64,000 nucleotides of DNA from Cetorhinus maximus (GCF_964194155.1 NC_135901.1:17360001-17424000); one strand, 5' to 3'. Positions 1-12,339 are shown, numbered from the stretch's first letter. Translations and numbers: made by a program. The notes: generated from the sequence alone by a model not told the origin.

Positions 1-1
1 C

Positions 2-772
2 CAGTTTGTTCACACTGAGAGACGGTTCAGTTGCTCTCACTGCGGGAAAGTGTTCAGACAATCAGTGAACCTCATAAAACACCAACAAGTTCACACCAGG
101 GAGAGGGCACTCACCTGCTCCGTGTGTGGGAAGGGATTCACTCAACTCTCTCACCTCAGCTCACATCAACTTGTTCACACTGATAACAGACCTTTCCAAT
201 GTTCAGAATATGAGAAGACCTTTAAAACTGCAGGTGATCTTCTGAGACACCAGCGAATTCACACTGAGGAGAGGCCATTCCCCTGCTCTGTGTGTGCAAA
301 GGGATTTATTTGTTTGACCAACCTCAAGTTGCACCAGCGAGTTCACTCTGATTGGACACCTTTCCAATGTTCTGACTGTGAGAAGAGCTTTAAAACTATA
401 AGGGATCTTCTGATGCACCAGCGCATTCACACAGGGGAGAGGCCATTCACCTGTTCCATATGTGGGAAGGGATTCACCCGTTCATCCCACCTACTGACAC
501 ACCAGCAGGTTCACACTGGGGAGCGGCCATTCACCTGCTCCGTGTGTGGGAAGGGATTCACTTGTCTAGCTCACCTCAATTCACATCAACTTGTTCACAC
601 TGATAACAGACCTTTCAAATGTTCTGAATGTGAGAAGACTTTTAAAGCCACAGGTGTTCTGCTGAGACACCAGCGAGTTCACACTGAGGAGAGGCTGTTC
701 ACCTGCTCTGTGTGTGGGAAAGGATTCACTCATTCATCTCACTTAATGAGACACCAGCGAGTTCACAATTGA
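2..772 (+). CDS. C2H2 zinc-finger protein, 5'-partial (ZNF-A), 9 fingers visible
   Basis: The frame is open from base 2 to TGA at 770-772. Tandem CxxC-12-HxxxH fingers with TGERP-type linkers; one finger is degenerate (CSEYEK). Confidence 0.9.
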   Translation, partial: QFVHTERRFSCSHCGKVFRQSVNLIKHQQVHTRERALTCSVCGKGFTQLSHLSSHQLVHTDNRPFQCSEYEKTFKTAGDLLRHQRIHTEERPFPCSVCAKGFICLTNLKLHQRVHSDWTPFQCSDCEKSFKTIRDLLMHQRIHTGERPFTCSICGKGFTRSSHLLTHQQVHTGERPFTCSVCGKGFTCLAHLNSHQLVHTDNRPFKCSECEKTFKATGVLLRHQRVHTEERLFTCSVCGKGFTHSSHLMRHQRVHN

Positions 773-1386
773 ATGGAGGGGTTGTATTCTGCTGTTATTG
801 TTGCTGTTAAGCACCTCCAGGACTAAATCAGGTTCATTCTGACATATGGGCTGATGTTAATAATGTTTCAGAAGGGACTCCTTAAGAAGGACTATCTCCT
901 GCATGCATTGCTCTCAAGAATCAATACCCACCACCAGAAATAGTGATATACATTAGGCTGTATGACACATCTTACATCCTTACCAATGTTGGTAATAAAA
1001 TCTGAATAGTTGGGTGGACGCAGATGGGAAAAGGATTATGAAACAGGATATTGAAGAAAAGTACGAGCTAAACCAGAAGGGAGAAATAACTATGGGATTG
1101 GCTGAATACTGTGGAAATAAAACTGGGAAACAAGAAACACTGGTTATTAAGATTGGTGGAGTAAATCTGTCTGGGAGACAATCAGCATTAAGACATCTGA
1201 TTCAATAAATGTGTGTCATAACAAATAAGAAAAAATAGCAATTCCCATTAGCAGATCTACCAAGGTAGAGATCAAACTGAGCCAGAGGATCTGCTTTCAT
1301 AACCGTAGGGATGTTATAATATTACATTACAATGTAATGAACCATTTAGCAGAGCCACTGATTGATGTTGGTAAAATGTCTGCAAT

Positions 1387-1748
1387 GGCTCTCCAGCGCG
1401 CAGTGAAAATGACGAAGGGAACATTGTCATTTGGTAAACGGCGGAACAAGACCCACACTCTTTGCCGGCACTTTGGGGCTAAAGCATTTCACCTGCAGAA
1501 ATCGACCTGCGGTAAACGTGCCTACCCTGCGAAGAGAAAGAGGAAGTATAACTGGAGTGCTGAGGCCAAAAGAACTGGTACAGGCCACATGAGGTGCCTG
1601 AAGGTGGTGTATCACCGATTCAGGAATGGATTCCGCGAAGGGACCACCTGGAAGCCCAGACGTTCCACAATGGCTTCCTCCAGCACTGTATAAACTATCA
1701 GTGTATCTACGCAACAAATAAAGCTATGGTTCGGAAAGTTTAAAAAAA
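1387..1748 (+). pseudogene. RPL37: Processed retrocopy of 60S ribosomal protein L37
   Basis: ATG at 1409 starts [19 protein letters not shown]...[12 protein letters not shown], ending at TAA 1693. Intronless, AATAAA at 1717-1722, short A tail, flanking direct repeat AAAATGTCTGCA at 1373 and 1745. Two of four Zn-binding Cys are lost and there is a 3-aa deletion versus vertebrate L37. Confidence 0.92.
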
Positions 1749-2448
1749 TGTCTGCATTCCCATTTTTATTGTATGGAAATTATAACAGTGTGTTTGGAAA
1801 CAAATTGGAGACACAAGCACAAACTTAAGATGGGTACTGTTAATGCTCATGTGAGGAAATTCAGGACGTTTTATTACAATAAATGTGTTATAGAAATGCA
1901 CATTGTTGTTGTTGACTGTGAAGAATGAGTCGGTTGGCCGTCTGAGCTGGAAACTCATGGATACCATCACACCAGCAGTACGATATTCTCCAGCTGATTG
2001 TGGAAATTGAGTCACTTGGTCATCCTATTTACTGACACAGCAGCACAGTCACTCTGGAGAGAGACCATTCAGATAATTCATGTTTGAAAAAGGATTTACT
2101 CAGCTTTCCCACCAACTTTGAAAGTTCAAACAGAATTTGATGCATGATCAGCACATTCAAGCCAGAGAGAGTTCAGTGTGTGAGCAGTAATTCACTTCCT
2201 TTTTCCAGCAGCTGGGATACCAGTGAGTTCACGTGTGACTGTAGGGGTTGGATTCTGCCGTTATTGCTGTTGTTTTGGGGACTCTCAATTCTCCACCAAT
2301 TCCCATTCCCCTTCTTTCTGATGGATAATGAAGGGTCCATGCAGATGGGTTTAAGTACAGCTTGTTTCACAACTTTAATATTGAACCGTACGGCCCCAGT
2401 TTCCACCCAATAACAGCAAAACAAATCAGGCTAGAATAAGTTGAACTG

Positions 2449-2605
2449 TCAATGGCGGGGCCGTTACCCAGCATTCCATACGGTGGAGAATGTCCTCTAT
2501 TCACATCAGAAGGGACCAGTGCGCAGGCGCGGTGCCCAGTGATTAGAGCATGCGCAGTGGGAGCGCTGGCGGAGGAGAGAAGCTTCTTTTTTGGATCCGC
2601 ATTCG
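2449..2605 (+). promoter_or_regulatory. ZNF promoter cassette copy 1 and non-coding first exon
   Basis: CpG-rich. CAATGGCGG (YY1-like), TTACCCAGCATTC (ZNF143/Staf-like), TGCGCAGGCGC and GCATGCGCA (NRF1-like); donor TCG|gtaaag at 2606. Homologous to three other copies in the window. Confidence 0.7.
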
Positions 2606-2929
2606 GTAAAGTGGGGGGTGGGGAACGGTCGGGCGGAGGAAGCGGTGGATCAGGCGGGTGTTCGGGGAGGCTTTGTAAATCTGTTGTGTAAGCGGCAAAC
2701 GCCGAAAAACAACCCGCCGTTCCTCCTTTTGCACAGAGAGGGACAAGAGCTGTAGGTGCGATTTCTCCCAGTTACAGGCCCCAGATCATGGCCGTCATCT
2801 TCAGAGCGGGCAATGCGCAGCAGGGCGCATGCGCGGCCCCCATCTTTATTTGGGGCAATGTGCAGCAGGGAGCATGCGCGGCTGCAATTTTTTATTGGGA
2901 AGATGTTTTTAACGACAGAATTGAAACAA

Positions 2930-3150
2930 CTTGTCCATCAAGCTCTGACCTTTACGCTTTGAGTCTTAATGACGAAGCAGAGCAGGAAAGAAAAGGATGC
3001 AAATCCTGCTCTCTGATTCCCACTTCCTCATGGACATCCTGCCCCATGTGCCCAAAGATCTGTGGGTCTATGCAGTCACATGAAGACCCACGACAGAAAC
3101 TCACAACCCTGAGTAGACATGATCCTCGAATCGAGGGAGCACTGATGACG
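2930..3150 (+). mobile_element. RTE-type LINE 3' fragment
   Basis: CPMCPKICGS C-terminal motif and 3' end resemble the RTE fragments at 20940 and 41170. Confidence 0.5.
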
Positions 3151-3960
3151 ACAAGGGGCAATGTGCAGCAGGGCGCATGTGTGGTAGGGGGAGAGAATGT
3201 TGTGAATTTCTATCCTGGCCTGACAGTGATGGCTTTTGGAAACCTCTTTAACAGGGGGTTAGAAGGGGAGGATTTACATGCAGCAAACTCAAATCAAGAG
3301 AAATGTTTGTCTCTTTTCAATTGCTATCCTTGACAGACACTGATGGTTTTTGTAAACATCTTTTACAGGGTACTAAAAGAGGATTTGCAGAAAGGAAACT
3401 CAAATCAAACACCACATCAAAATCTGACAGCATCACTTGATTCATCAGGACCTGGATGTTATCGGCCTTTGAGTGTAAGCATTTAATTCCAGATCATTAC
3501 CACTCGCTGTATAAACTTTCTTTGTCACATCTTCCTGTAGATCTTGCCCATGAATCTTAAATCTATTTCCTGTAATCCTTTTACCCCCATTCAAATAATG
3601 GGAACAGCTTTTCTTTATCTACCTTATCTAAACAATCATAAACTTGTACACCTCTATCAAATCTCCTCTCAATCTCCTTTGCTCCAAGGAGAACAACCCC
3701 AGTTTCTCCAACCCAACATTGCAAATAAAATCCCTCATCCCTGGAATCATTCTGGTAAATCTCCTCTGCACCCTCTCAAGGACCCTCACATCCTTCATAA
3801 TGTGTGGTGACCACTGGTTTGCACAGACCCAGATGTTCTGTGTTCGTATCTGTGATGTCATCACACACCGACAATTGCTCGGTGACATTACCCCGTACCC
3901 CGGGTATTTCCTCCACTGGGAGATTTTTCTCTGACTCCAGTGCTTCTGATATCTTTCCAG

Positions 3961-4012
3961 CTGCCGGCTCCAGCAGAAGACATTAACATTAAAAGCTAAA
4001 ATTGTTTCAGAG
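3961..4012 (+). other. Probable non-coding exon of ZNF-B
   Basis: ctttccag| acceptor and GAG|gtgagt donor, lying between the promoter and the finger exon. Confidence 0.45.
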
Positions 4013-4445
4013 GTGAGTATTTTTGAGCATTTATCTACAACTTAGAGCTTTTAGTTCTATGCTCTGTTATCTGTGAGAGGGTCCATGGCTCTGGGGCTGG
4101 TGTGGCTCCTTTGCTGTGGATCAGAACCCATGTCCATCCATTGCTCTGTTTCACCACTGTTCTCTCTGATAATCTCTCTGCTATTGGCTAACTTCCTCTC
4201 CCTCTAATAATGGGTGTATTTTGACCTTGTTTAACATTTTACTGGCACTTCTGCAGACTTTACTTTCACAAACTACCTTTGTGTTTTTGTGGATTCTCTC
4301 TCGCTCTTTTTTTTCTGATTTAAATCAATTTCACAGGGTATTAGAAGGGGAGGATTTGCAGTCAGGAAACTCAAACCAAACATCACATCAGAATCTGATG
4401 GAGTCACCCAATTAATCGTAACCTGAATATCATCAGAATTTGGAC

Positions 4446-5315
4446 ATGGAAGGAAAAAGCACTGTTCATAGTGGAGAGAAACTGTACACATGTTCTGTTT
4501 GTGGACGAGGCTTCAATCGATCATCTGACCTGTCAAAACATAAATGCAGTTACAATAGGGAGAAGCCGTGGAAATGTGGGGACTGTGGGAAGGGATTCAA
4601 TTGCCCATCTGACCTGGAAACACATCGGCGTATTCATACTGGGGAGAGGCCGTTCACCTGCTCTGAATGTGGGAAGGGATTCACCACCTCATCCCACCTG
4701 CTGACTCACCAGCGAGTTCACACTGGAGAGAGGCCGTTCAGCTGCTCCGTGTGTGGGAAGGGATTCACTCAGTCAACCCATCTGCTGACACACAAGCGTA
4801 CTCACACTGGGGAGAGGCCATTCACCTGCTCTGTATGTGGGAAGGGATTCAGTGATTCATCCAACCTGTTGATACATCAGCGATTTCACACTGGGGAGAG
4901 ACCTTTCACCTGCTCCAAGTGTGGGAAGGGATTTGCCCAGTCATCCCATGTGCTGAGACATGAGCGAGTTCACACCGAGGAGAGACCTTTTAAATGCCCA
5001 GACTGTGGGAAGTACTATAAGGGTTCCGGGGAACTGATGTGCCATCAACGTGTTCACACTGGGGAGAGACCATTCAGGTGTTCTCACTGCGGGACTGGGT
5101 TCAGGGAATCATCTCATCTCATTGTACACCAGCGCACTCATACTGGAGAGAGGCGGTTCTCATGCTCCGAGTGTGGGAGGAGATTCAATCATGCATGCAC
5201 CCTTCTGAGACACCAGCAAGTTCACACTGGGGAGAGGCCGTTCACCTGTTCCATGTGTGGGAAGAGGTTTGGTAGGTCATCCACTCTGCTGAGACACCAG
5301 CAAGTTCACAAGTAA
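4446..5315 (+). CDS. C2H2 zinc-finger protein (ZNF-B), 9 intact fingers plus 1 degenerate, no KRAB
   Basis: ATG at 4446 ([12 protein letters not shown]), open to TAA 5315. Acceptor tttcacag| near 4335 and AATAAA at 5436-5441. Confidence 0.9.
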   Translation: MEGKSTVHSGEKLYTCSVCGRGFNRSSDLSKHKCSYNREKPWKCGDCGKGFNCPSDLETHRRIHTGERPFTCSECGKGFTTSSHLLTHQRVHTGERPFSCSVCGKGFTQSTHLLTHKRTHTGERPFTCSVCGKGFSDSSNLLIHQRFHTGERPFTCSKCGKGFAQSSHVLRHERVHTEERPFKCPDCGKYYKGSGELMCHQRVHTGERPFRCSHCGTGFRESSHLIVHQRTHTGERRFSCSECGRRFNHACTLLRHQQVHTGERPFTCSMCGKRFGRSSTLLRHQQVHK

Positions 5316-5859
5316 CCACAGTTATTGGATTTTGCTGTTAATCACATCCCAGACAGAGCCATGTTCATGGGGTCTGTTTTTGCTGATGTCAAACTCTAGC
5401 CCAGTTATGGTGGTGAATATTCAGGATAAAAGTCAAATAAATCAGCTTTGTGTTAAATATAATGTTTCAGCTCTTTTTAATAACTAACATAAGTTGGTTC
5501 TTTTTGAAGTGCTCTCCCTCTCCCCTGTCTCCTTCATCATCATCTCCAGCAACAAGTGGGTGGAGGTCATGGAGCTTCTTTGTCACTAAGATTGAGACAA
5601 TCCAATCAGCTCCCACCGCCGCTTCCCTCCCTTCCACTCGCTCATCGGACCAAAATGCCTGTAAAGTTGCCCCTTGTCTGAGCCCTAAAATCACATTTTT
5701 CTCTATTTTTCCCCTATGTCACCTCATGCTTTCAGAGCTCATCTTGCCCCTGAGACCAGCCTCCTCTCTCGATCCTAGCACCACTAAACTGCTGATCACC
5801 TAACTTGCCCATGTTCACTGATATTGTTCGTGATTCTCTGTCCTTGGATACCGGGATTA

Positions 5860-6400
5860 AAAGAACATAGGAGTGGGCCATTTGGCCCCACAGAGCCTGC
5901 TCTGCCAGTCAATAAGATCAGGGCTGATCTGACTGTCGCCTCAACTCCACTTTCCTGCCTATCCCCCCATAACCCTGGACTCCTTGGTAGATCAAACATC
6001 TTGTCTAATACAGCAGTGAATATATTCAATGACCCAGCCTCCACTGCTCTCTGGGGAAGAGAATTCCAATGATTCATTATCCTGTGAGGGAAGAAATTCC
6101 ACCTCATCTCAGCCTTCAATGTGAGACCCCTTATTCTGAAACTGTGCCCCCTAGTTCTAGATTCACCCAAGAGCGGAAACATCCTCTCAGCATCCTCCCT
6201 ATCAAGCCACCAGCAGTATCTTCTATGTTTCATTAAGATCATCTCTCATTCTTCTCAACTCCAATGGAATCAGATCCAACCTATTAATGCCTTCCTCAGA
6301 AGACAAACCCTTTCATCCCAGGAATCAGCCTAGTCAACATTCTCTGAACTGCTTCCAGTGCAAGTAAGTCCTTCCTTAAGTATTGAGACCAAAATTGTAC
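5860..6400 (-). mobile_element. CR1 LINE 3' fragment
   Basis: ERMFPLLGESRTRGH...RIMNHWNSLPQRAVEA is the CR1 ORF2 C-terminus, followed by its 3' UTR. Confidence 0.85.
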
Positions 6401-6439
6401 AAAGTACGTCCGATCAAAATGTCCATCTGACTTTTACAC

Positions 6440-6930
6440 AGGGAACATGTGGAACCGAGTTTGGATTTCAGCCCAGGGAGGAGGGAGAGTTTGGGATAGG
6501 GATTTACAGCTTTGGGGAAACAAAAGAGGAAAAATTGTTCCATAGAAACTATAATTTCTATCCTATACATACAGTGATTACGTTTCTAACCTCCTTTTAC
6601 AGGGTATGAGAAAGGCAGGATTTGCAGATTCACAATGGGAGAAACCGTACAAGTTTCGTGCGTGAACGAGGCTTCAACTGACCATTAACCTGGAGGGACA
6701 AAAGGATACCTACACCATGGTGAAACCATGGAAATATCTGGACTGTGGAAAGGATTCAATTACCCATCTGAGCCTTGAAAGTCATCAGTGCAGTCACAGC
6801 ACGGAGAGACTGTTTCCCCGCTCTATGCGCTGGAAGGGATTCAGTCAGTCACCCTAATGCTGAGACACAGTGAGCTCACATGTGACTGCAGGAGTTGGAT
6901 TCTGGTGTTATTACTGTTGTTAATCACACC
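6440..6930 (+). pseudogene. Degenerate ZNF gene relic
   Basis: Upstream module homologous to 30595-30690, acceptor ttttacag|GGTATGAGAA, frameshifted KPWK-DCGK finger remnants and the family 3' tail TGACTGCAGGAGTTGGATTCT. Confidence 0.75.
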
Positions 6931-7019
6931 CAACAACTTGCCTTCATTTAACACATTTACCAGAGGAGAATTCTCCCAAGGAGAACTATCAAATGAAATT
7001 TGGCAGAGCCACATACAGA

Positions 7020-8930
7020 GAAATTAGGACAGGCGGCCAAAAGAATGATTAAAAAGTTCAATTTTAAGCAGCTTAAGGAGGGAGGTGGGTGAGGGAGGTT
7101 ACAAAGGGAGGGACCGACGAGGTGATGCACTGATTGAAAACAAGGATGATCATTTTAAATTTGATGTGTTGCTACACCAGGAGCTAATGCGTGCAGTGAG
7201 AATGGGGTGATAGGTGAATGGGATTTGGTCTGTTAGGACATAGATAACAAAGTTTTGGATGACCTTGAGTTTTCTGATCCATTACCATTTAGAAGGACAA
7301 GGGCAGCAGACAGATGGGAACACCACCACCTAGAAGTTCCCCTCTAAGCCACTCGCCATCCTGACTTGGAAATATATTGCCGTTCCTTCACTGTCGCTGG
7401 GTCAAGATCCTGGAACTCCCAACCTAACAGCACTGTGGGTGTACCTACACCACATGGGCTGCAGCGGTTCAGGAACACAGCTCACCAATAAATGCTGGCC
7501 TAACCAGCGATGTCACATCCTATTAAAGGATAAAAAAAAGTGTGGGGGGCCGGCCAGGAGTATGTTGGAATAGTTCAGTCTCGAGGTAACAAAAGGATGG
7601 GGTGAGGTTCTAAATGAGCTGTGGCAGGGGTGGAGCCGGGTGATGTTACAGAGGTGGAAGGAGGTGGTATTAGTGATGGAGCAAATCTGTGGTCAGTTGC
7701 TAATCTCAGGGTCAGATCTGAATCAAAGCTGTGAAAAGTCTGGTTTATTCTCAGACAGTTGCCAGGGAGAAGGTTGGGAATGGAGGTTGGTCAGTAGGTT
7801 GGGAATGGAATTTGGAGCAGGGGACCATAAACAATGTCATCAGCCTTTTCAACATTCAATTGTAGGAAATTTCTGAAGGTCCAGTACAGGATGATGGATA
7901 AGCAGTCTGATCATTTAGTAACAGTGGAGGAGTCAAGAGAGATGGTGGAGTAATCTGCATAATGTGAAATCAAACACTTTTTTCAGATGACATCCTTCAG
8001 GGGCAGCATGTAGATTGAAATAGGACAGGCCAAGGATAGATCCTCAGGAATACCAGAGGTAACTGTGTGGGAGAGAGAAGAGAAACATTGTGGGCAGTAC
8101 TCTGGCTGCCAATAGATAAGCAACGAGCCAGGAGAGAGCAGTCCCACCAGCTGGACAACAGTGAAGAGATGCTGCTTGATCAGGAGCCAATGTAGGTCAG
8201 TGAGACCAGAGGTGATAGGTGAATGGGATTTGGCAAAGGAGGATTGTGTGGTAAACCATGTCAAAGGCTGCAAACAGACCAAGAAGGACAAGGAGGAATA
8301 GCTCATCTCTGTCAGTTATATGGGATTTGTTTTGTGACTTTGATAAGAGCTGGTTGGTTACTGTGATCGAAGGGCAGGACTCTGCTGGGAGGGATTGAAA
8401 CATGGAATTCCAGGAAAGATGGGAACGGATTTGGGAGGCGACAAAATGTTCTCAGACTTCGGGGAGGTGAGAGATGGGGCAGTAGTTTGCAAGGACAATG
8501 GAGTTGTGTTCTTTGAGGATGGGGGTGATGACAGCAGATTTAAAGGAAAGTAGGAAATCACCTGATGAGAGAGAACCAGCAACAATATCTGGTAAGGTGT
8601 GGTGTTTGGGCAGTCAGTAGTTCAGTGGGAATAAGGTTCGGGGAAGAGGAAATAGGTCTCATGGACAAGATTAGACCTGAGAGGGCATGAGAGGAGATTG
8701 GAGAGAAATTAAAAAAAGATGAGAGTTCAGGGCTCAGACAAGGGGGAACTTCAGAGACAGTTTTGTCCAGTGTGTTAGTGGAAGGCAGGGAAGTAGCAGA
8801 GGCAGCTGATCAGATTGTCTCAATCTTAGTGACAATGAAGCTCCACGAGCTCCTCACACTTGTTGGAGCTGAGGGTATTAGAGGTGGGGAGAGGGAGAGT
8901 AATTCAGAAGGAACTAACTTGTGTTGGAGA
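7020..8930 (-). mobile_element. Fragmented L2-type LINE with a nested LINE 3' end (~7275-7535, +)
   Basis: LLVLLGLFAAFDMVYHTILL RT motif and an HITxxLxDLHWL-like L2 C-terminal motif, with many stops. Confidence 0.7.
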
Positions 8931-9126
8931 TATTAAAAAGACTCAACACACTGTGTGTTTAACACAAAGCTGATTTATTTGACATTTATCCACAATGTTA
9001 ATGCCCATTACTGGGCTGGAATTTATTAACATCCACAGAAACAGATTCAAATTAACAGAGTTCAGTCTTGAATGTGATTAACAGAAAAATCCAATCATTG
9101 TAGTTACTCATGAACTCGCTAGCATC

Positions 9127-10140
9127 TCAGCAGGGTGGATCACCAAGTGAATCCGTTCCCACACTCGGAGCAGGTGAACAGCCTCTCCCCATGTGAACTC
9201 GCTGGTGATTCAGCAGGTGGGATGACCGGGTGAATTTCTTCCCACACTCGGAACAGGTGAACGGCCTCTCCCCAGTATGAACTCGCTGGTGATTCAGCAG
9301 GGTGGTTGACTGAGCAAATCCCTTCCCACACTCAGAGCAGGTGAACGGTCTCTGTCCAGTGTGAATCCGCCGGTGTACAGTGAGTTGTGATGAGTGCTTG
9401 AACCCAGTCCCACAGGAGGAGCACTTGAACGGTCTCTCACCAGTGTGAATTCGCTGGTGTGCGGTTAGTTCAGACGATCGAATGAACCCGGTCCCGCAGT
9501 GAGAGCACCTGAATGGTCTCTCATCAGTGTGAACACGTTGATGGGACATCAGTTCCCCGGAGCTTTTATAGCACTTCTCACAGTCTGGACATTTAAAAGG
9601 TCTCTCCCCGGTATGAACTCTCTCATGTCTCAGCACATGGGACAATTGAGTGAATCTCTTCCCACACACATAGCAGGTGAATGGCCTCTCACCAGTGTGA
9701 ATTCGCTGGTGTACAGTGAGTTGAAACGATCCCCTGAACCCAGTCCCACAGTGAGAGCACCTGAACGGTCTCTCATCAGTGTGAACACGTTGATGGTACA
9801 TCAGGTCCCCAGAACTTCTATAGCATTTCCCACAGTCTGGACATTTGAAAGCTCTCTCCCCAGTGTGAACCCGCTGGTATGTCAGCAGGTTGGATGACTG
9901 AATGAATCCCTTCCCACACTCAGAGCAGGTGAATGGCCTCTCCCCAGTGTGAATTCGCTGGTGTGTTAACAGGTCGGATAGCCGAGTGAATCCCTTTCCA
10001 CATTCGAAGCAGGTGAACGGCCTCTCCCCAGTGTGAATGCGTCGATGAGCTTCCAGCTCAGACGGGTAACTGAACCTCTCCTCACATTCCCCACATTTCC
10101 ACAGTTTCTCCCCACTGTAAACGGTGCTTTTTCCTTCCAT
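9127..10140 (-). CDS. C2H2 zinc-finger protein (ZNF-C), 11 fingers, 12th finger frameshifted
   Basis: ATG at 10140 ([12 protein letters not shown]); inverted paralog of ZNF-B. After the last intact finger the frame shifts (HMGRGCS..., versus [12 protein letters not shown] in another frame). Confidence 0.88.
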   Translation of the reverse strand: MEGKSTVYSGEKLWKCGECEERFSYPSELEAHRRIHTGERPFTCFECGKGFTRLSDLLTHQRIHTGERPFTCSECGKGFIQSSNLLTYQRVHTGERAFKCPDCGKCYRSSGDLMYHQRVHTDERPFRCSHCGTGFRGSFQLTVHQRIHTGERPFTCYVCGKRFTQLSHVLRHERVHTGERPFKCPDCEKCYKSSGELMSHQRVHTDERPFRCSHCGTGFIRSSELTAHQRIHTGERPFKCSSCGTGFKHSSQLTVHRRIHTGQRPFTCSECGKGFAQSTTLLNHQRVHTGERPFTCSECGKKFTRSSHLLNHQRVHMGRGCSPAPSVGTDSLGDPPC

Positions 10141-11039
10141 GTTCAAAATCTGATGACATTCAGGTTACGATAAATTGAGCGACTCCATCAGATCCTGATG
10201 TGATATTTGCTTTGAGTTTCCCAAAGTGCAAATCCTCCCCCTCTAATACTCTGTGAAGTTGATTTAAAACAGAAAAAATGGGAGTGAGAGAGAACCCACA
10301 AAAACACAAAGGCAGGTTGTGAAATTGAGCTAAATGAATCTGGTCATTTGTGGAGCTGACACTAACAAAAGTGACCATGAAATCTGCTGGATTGTCATAA
10401 CAACCCAACTTTTTCACTGATGTCTTTCAGGGAAGGGAACCTGCCATCAACACTGGGCCTACACAAGTCTCTGGCCTCTATGGGGGGGAAGAGGGAGAAA
10501 GAGAAAGGGTGAGAGGGGTAGCAAGAAAAAGAGGAGGCAGAGGGTGAAAGGGAGGGATTTTATATATCTACAGCTCAACTAGAACTTTGACAGAATCTCC
10601 CAAATCCTCAACCTCCACGAACTAAAAGGACGAGGGGAGCAGGTGTATGTGAACACCATCACCTCCAAGCTTCCCTCCAGGTACTGCAGTGGTTCAAGAA
10701 GGTGGCTCACTCCCACTTTCTCAAGGGCAATTAGGGATGGGTAATAAATGCTGGCCCAGCCTGCAACTTCCATAAATGAATTTTAAAAAGTCCGAGTCAC
10801 ACACCGTGCAGATTTGTCTGACATCCAGCACTGGATGAGCAGAAATCTCCTCCATTTAAATATTCCTTCCCTGCCACTGGGTCAAAATCCTGGAACTCCC
10901 TTCTTAACAGCACTGTGGGTGTACCTACACCACATGGACTGCAGTGGTTCAAGAAGGCAGCTCACCACCACCTTCTCAAGGGCAATTAGGGATAGGCAAT
11001 AAATGCTGGCTGAGCCACCAATGCTCACATTATTTACCT

Positions 11040-11770
11040 TCAGTGCATACTACAAATTCCACTCCCTAACCACTGACTCTCCCCCTCTACTTGGCAACTG
11101 CCTGAGGCTGAATCACACTGTTTACAATTGCGAGATGAGCTTACAGCCACATATCCGCATCAACACCAAGACCACCTATTTCCGCCTCAGTAACATCACC
11201 CGACTCCGCCTTAGTCTCAGTTTATCTGCTGTTGAAAACGTCATCCATTCATTTGTTACCTGTAGTCTAAATTATCCTAATGCATACCCAACTGGCCTAC
11301 AACATTCAACTCCATCCTCCCACCCCCAGAATCTTGAGGTCATCCAAAACTCTGCTACTCGTGTGCTTACTCACACTCAGTCTTGTTCACACATCACCCC
11401 TGTGCTCACTGACTGACAAAGGCTCTCATTTTAAAAGCACCAAAACTTTAAAATTCTCATGTTTTCCTCCATGGTTGTGATGATCCCAATCTCTGTATTC
11501 TCCTCCAGCCACAGCCCTTGCCGCCCCCTCGCCAGGATCTCTACACTGATCTAATTCCAGCCACTTGAGCATTCCCGATTTTAATCGCTCCACCATCAGT
11601 GACTGTTCCTTCAGTTGCCTAGGCCACAGCTTTATGCCTCACTCTTCATCTTTAAAATACTCCTTAAAACCTACCTCTTTGACAAACCTTTGGTCACCTG
11701 CCCTAATATGGCTCATCTGGCTCAGTGTCAAACGTTACTTTGTAATATTTCTGTGAAATGCCTTGGAAAA
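11040..11770 (+). mobile_element. L2-type LINE 3' fragment
   Basis: KTTYFRLSNITRLR...IHSFVTCSLNYPNA...LEVIQNSATRVLT...HITPVLTD. Confidence 0.75.
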
Positions 11771-12123
11771 TTTTATTATTGTCACTGCCTTGGACATATA
11801 TCGTTGATTTCCCTCATCAATTACACGTTGTAACTCAAAGTGTGAAGCAGCTTGATAGACATTTGTCCTCATTCAGTCATTGGGAACATTTCAAAAAATG
11901 CCCACAATAAAGATGGCGTTCGCGCATGCGCCCTGCTGCGCATTGCCCACAATAAAGATGGCGACCGTTACCCCGGGGCTGCAATCGGAAGAAAACTGCC
12001 GACCTGGCTCCGTGCAAAAGTGAGAACGCTAAATTCTTTTTCGGATTACGCAACATGTTTACGAAACCTCTACGCCTACCCACCGGATCCATCGATTCCT
12101 CCGTCCCCTTACTTTCACCCTTA

Positions 12124-12282
12124 CCGATCCGGATCCAACAAACAACCTCTTTCCATCGCCATTACCCGCTCCGTGCATGCTCCAATGTTTTTCCCCACTG
12201 CGCCTGCGCACTGCTTTCCTGTGATGTGGATCGGGGATATTCCCCACCGTGGGGGATGATGGGTGAAGGCCTCGCCATTGAA
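12124..12282 (-). promoter_or_regulatory. ZNF promoter cassette copy 2 and first exon (ZNF-C)
   Basis: Reverse complement reads CAATGGCGAGG-TTCACCCATCATCC-GGGGAATATCCCC-TGCGCAGGCGCA-GAGCATGCAC, with donor TCG|gtaagg. Confidence 0.7.
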
Positions 12283-12339
12283 AGTACAAATTATTGTATC
12301 GCGATTTGTTTTCCTGGTGTGGTACGGAGACTGGGGCAG

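Noticed and set aside
203-9897. Antisense and alternative-frame ORFs over ZNF exons
   Set aside because: Expected shadows of repetitive finger codons.
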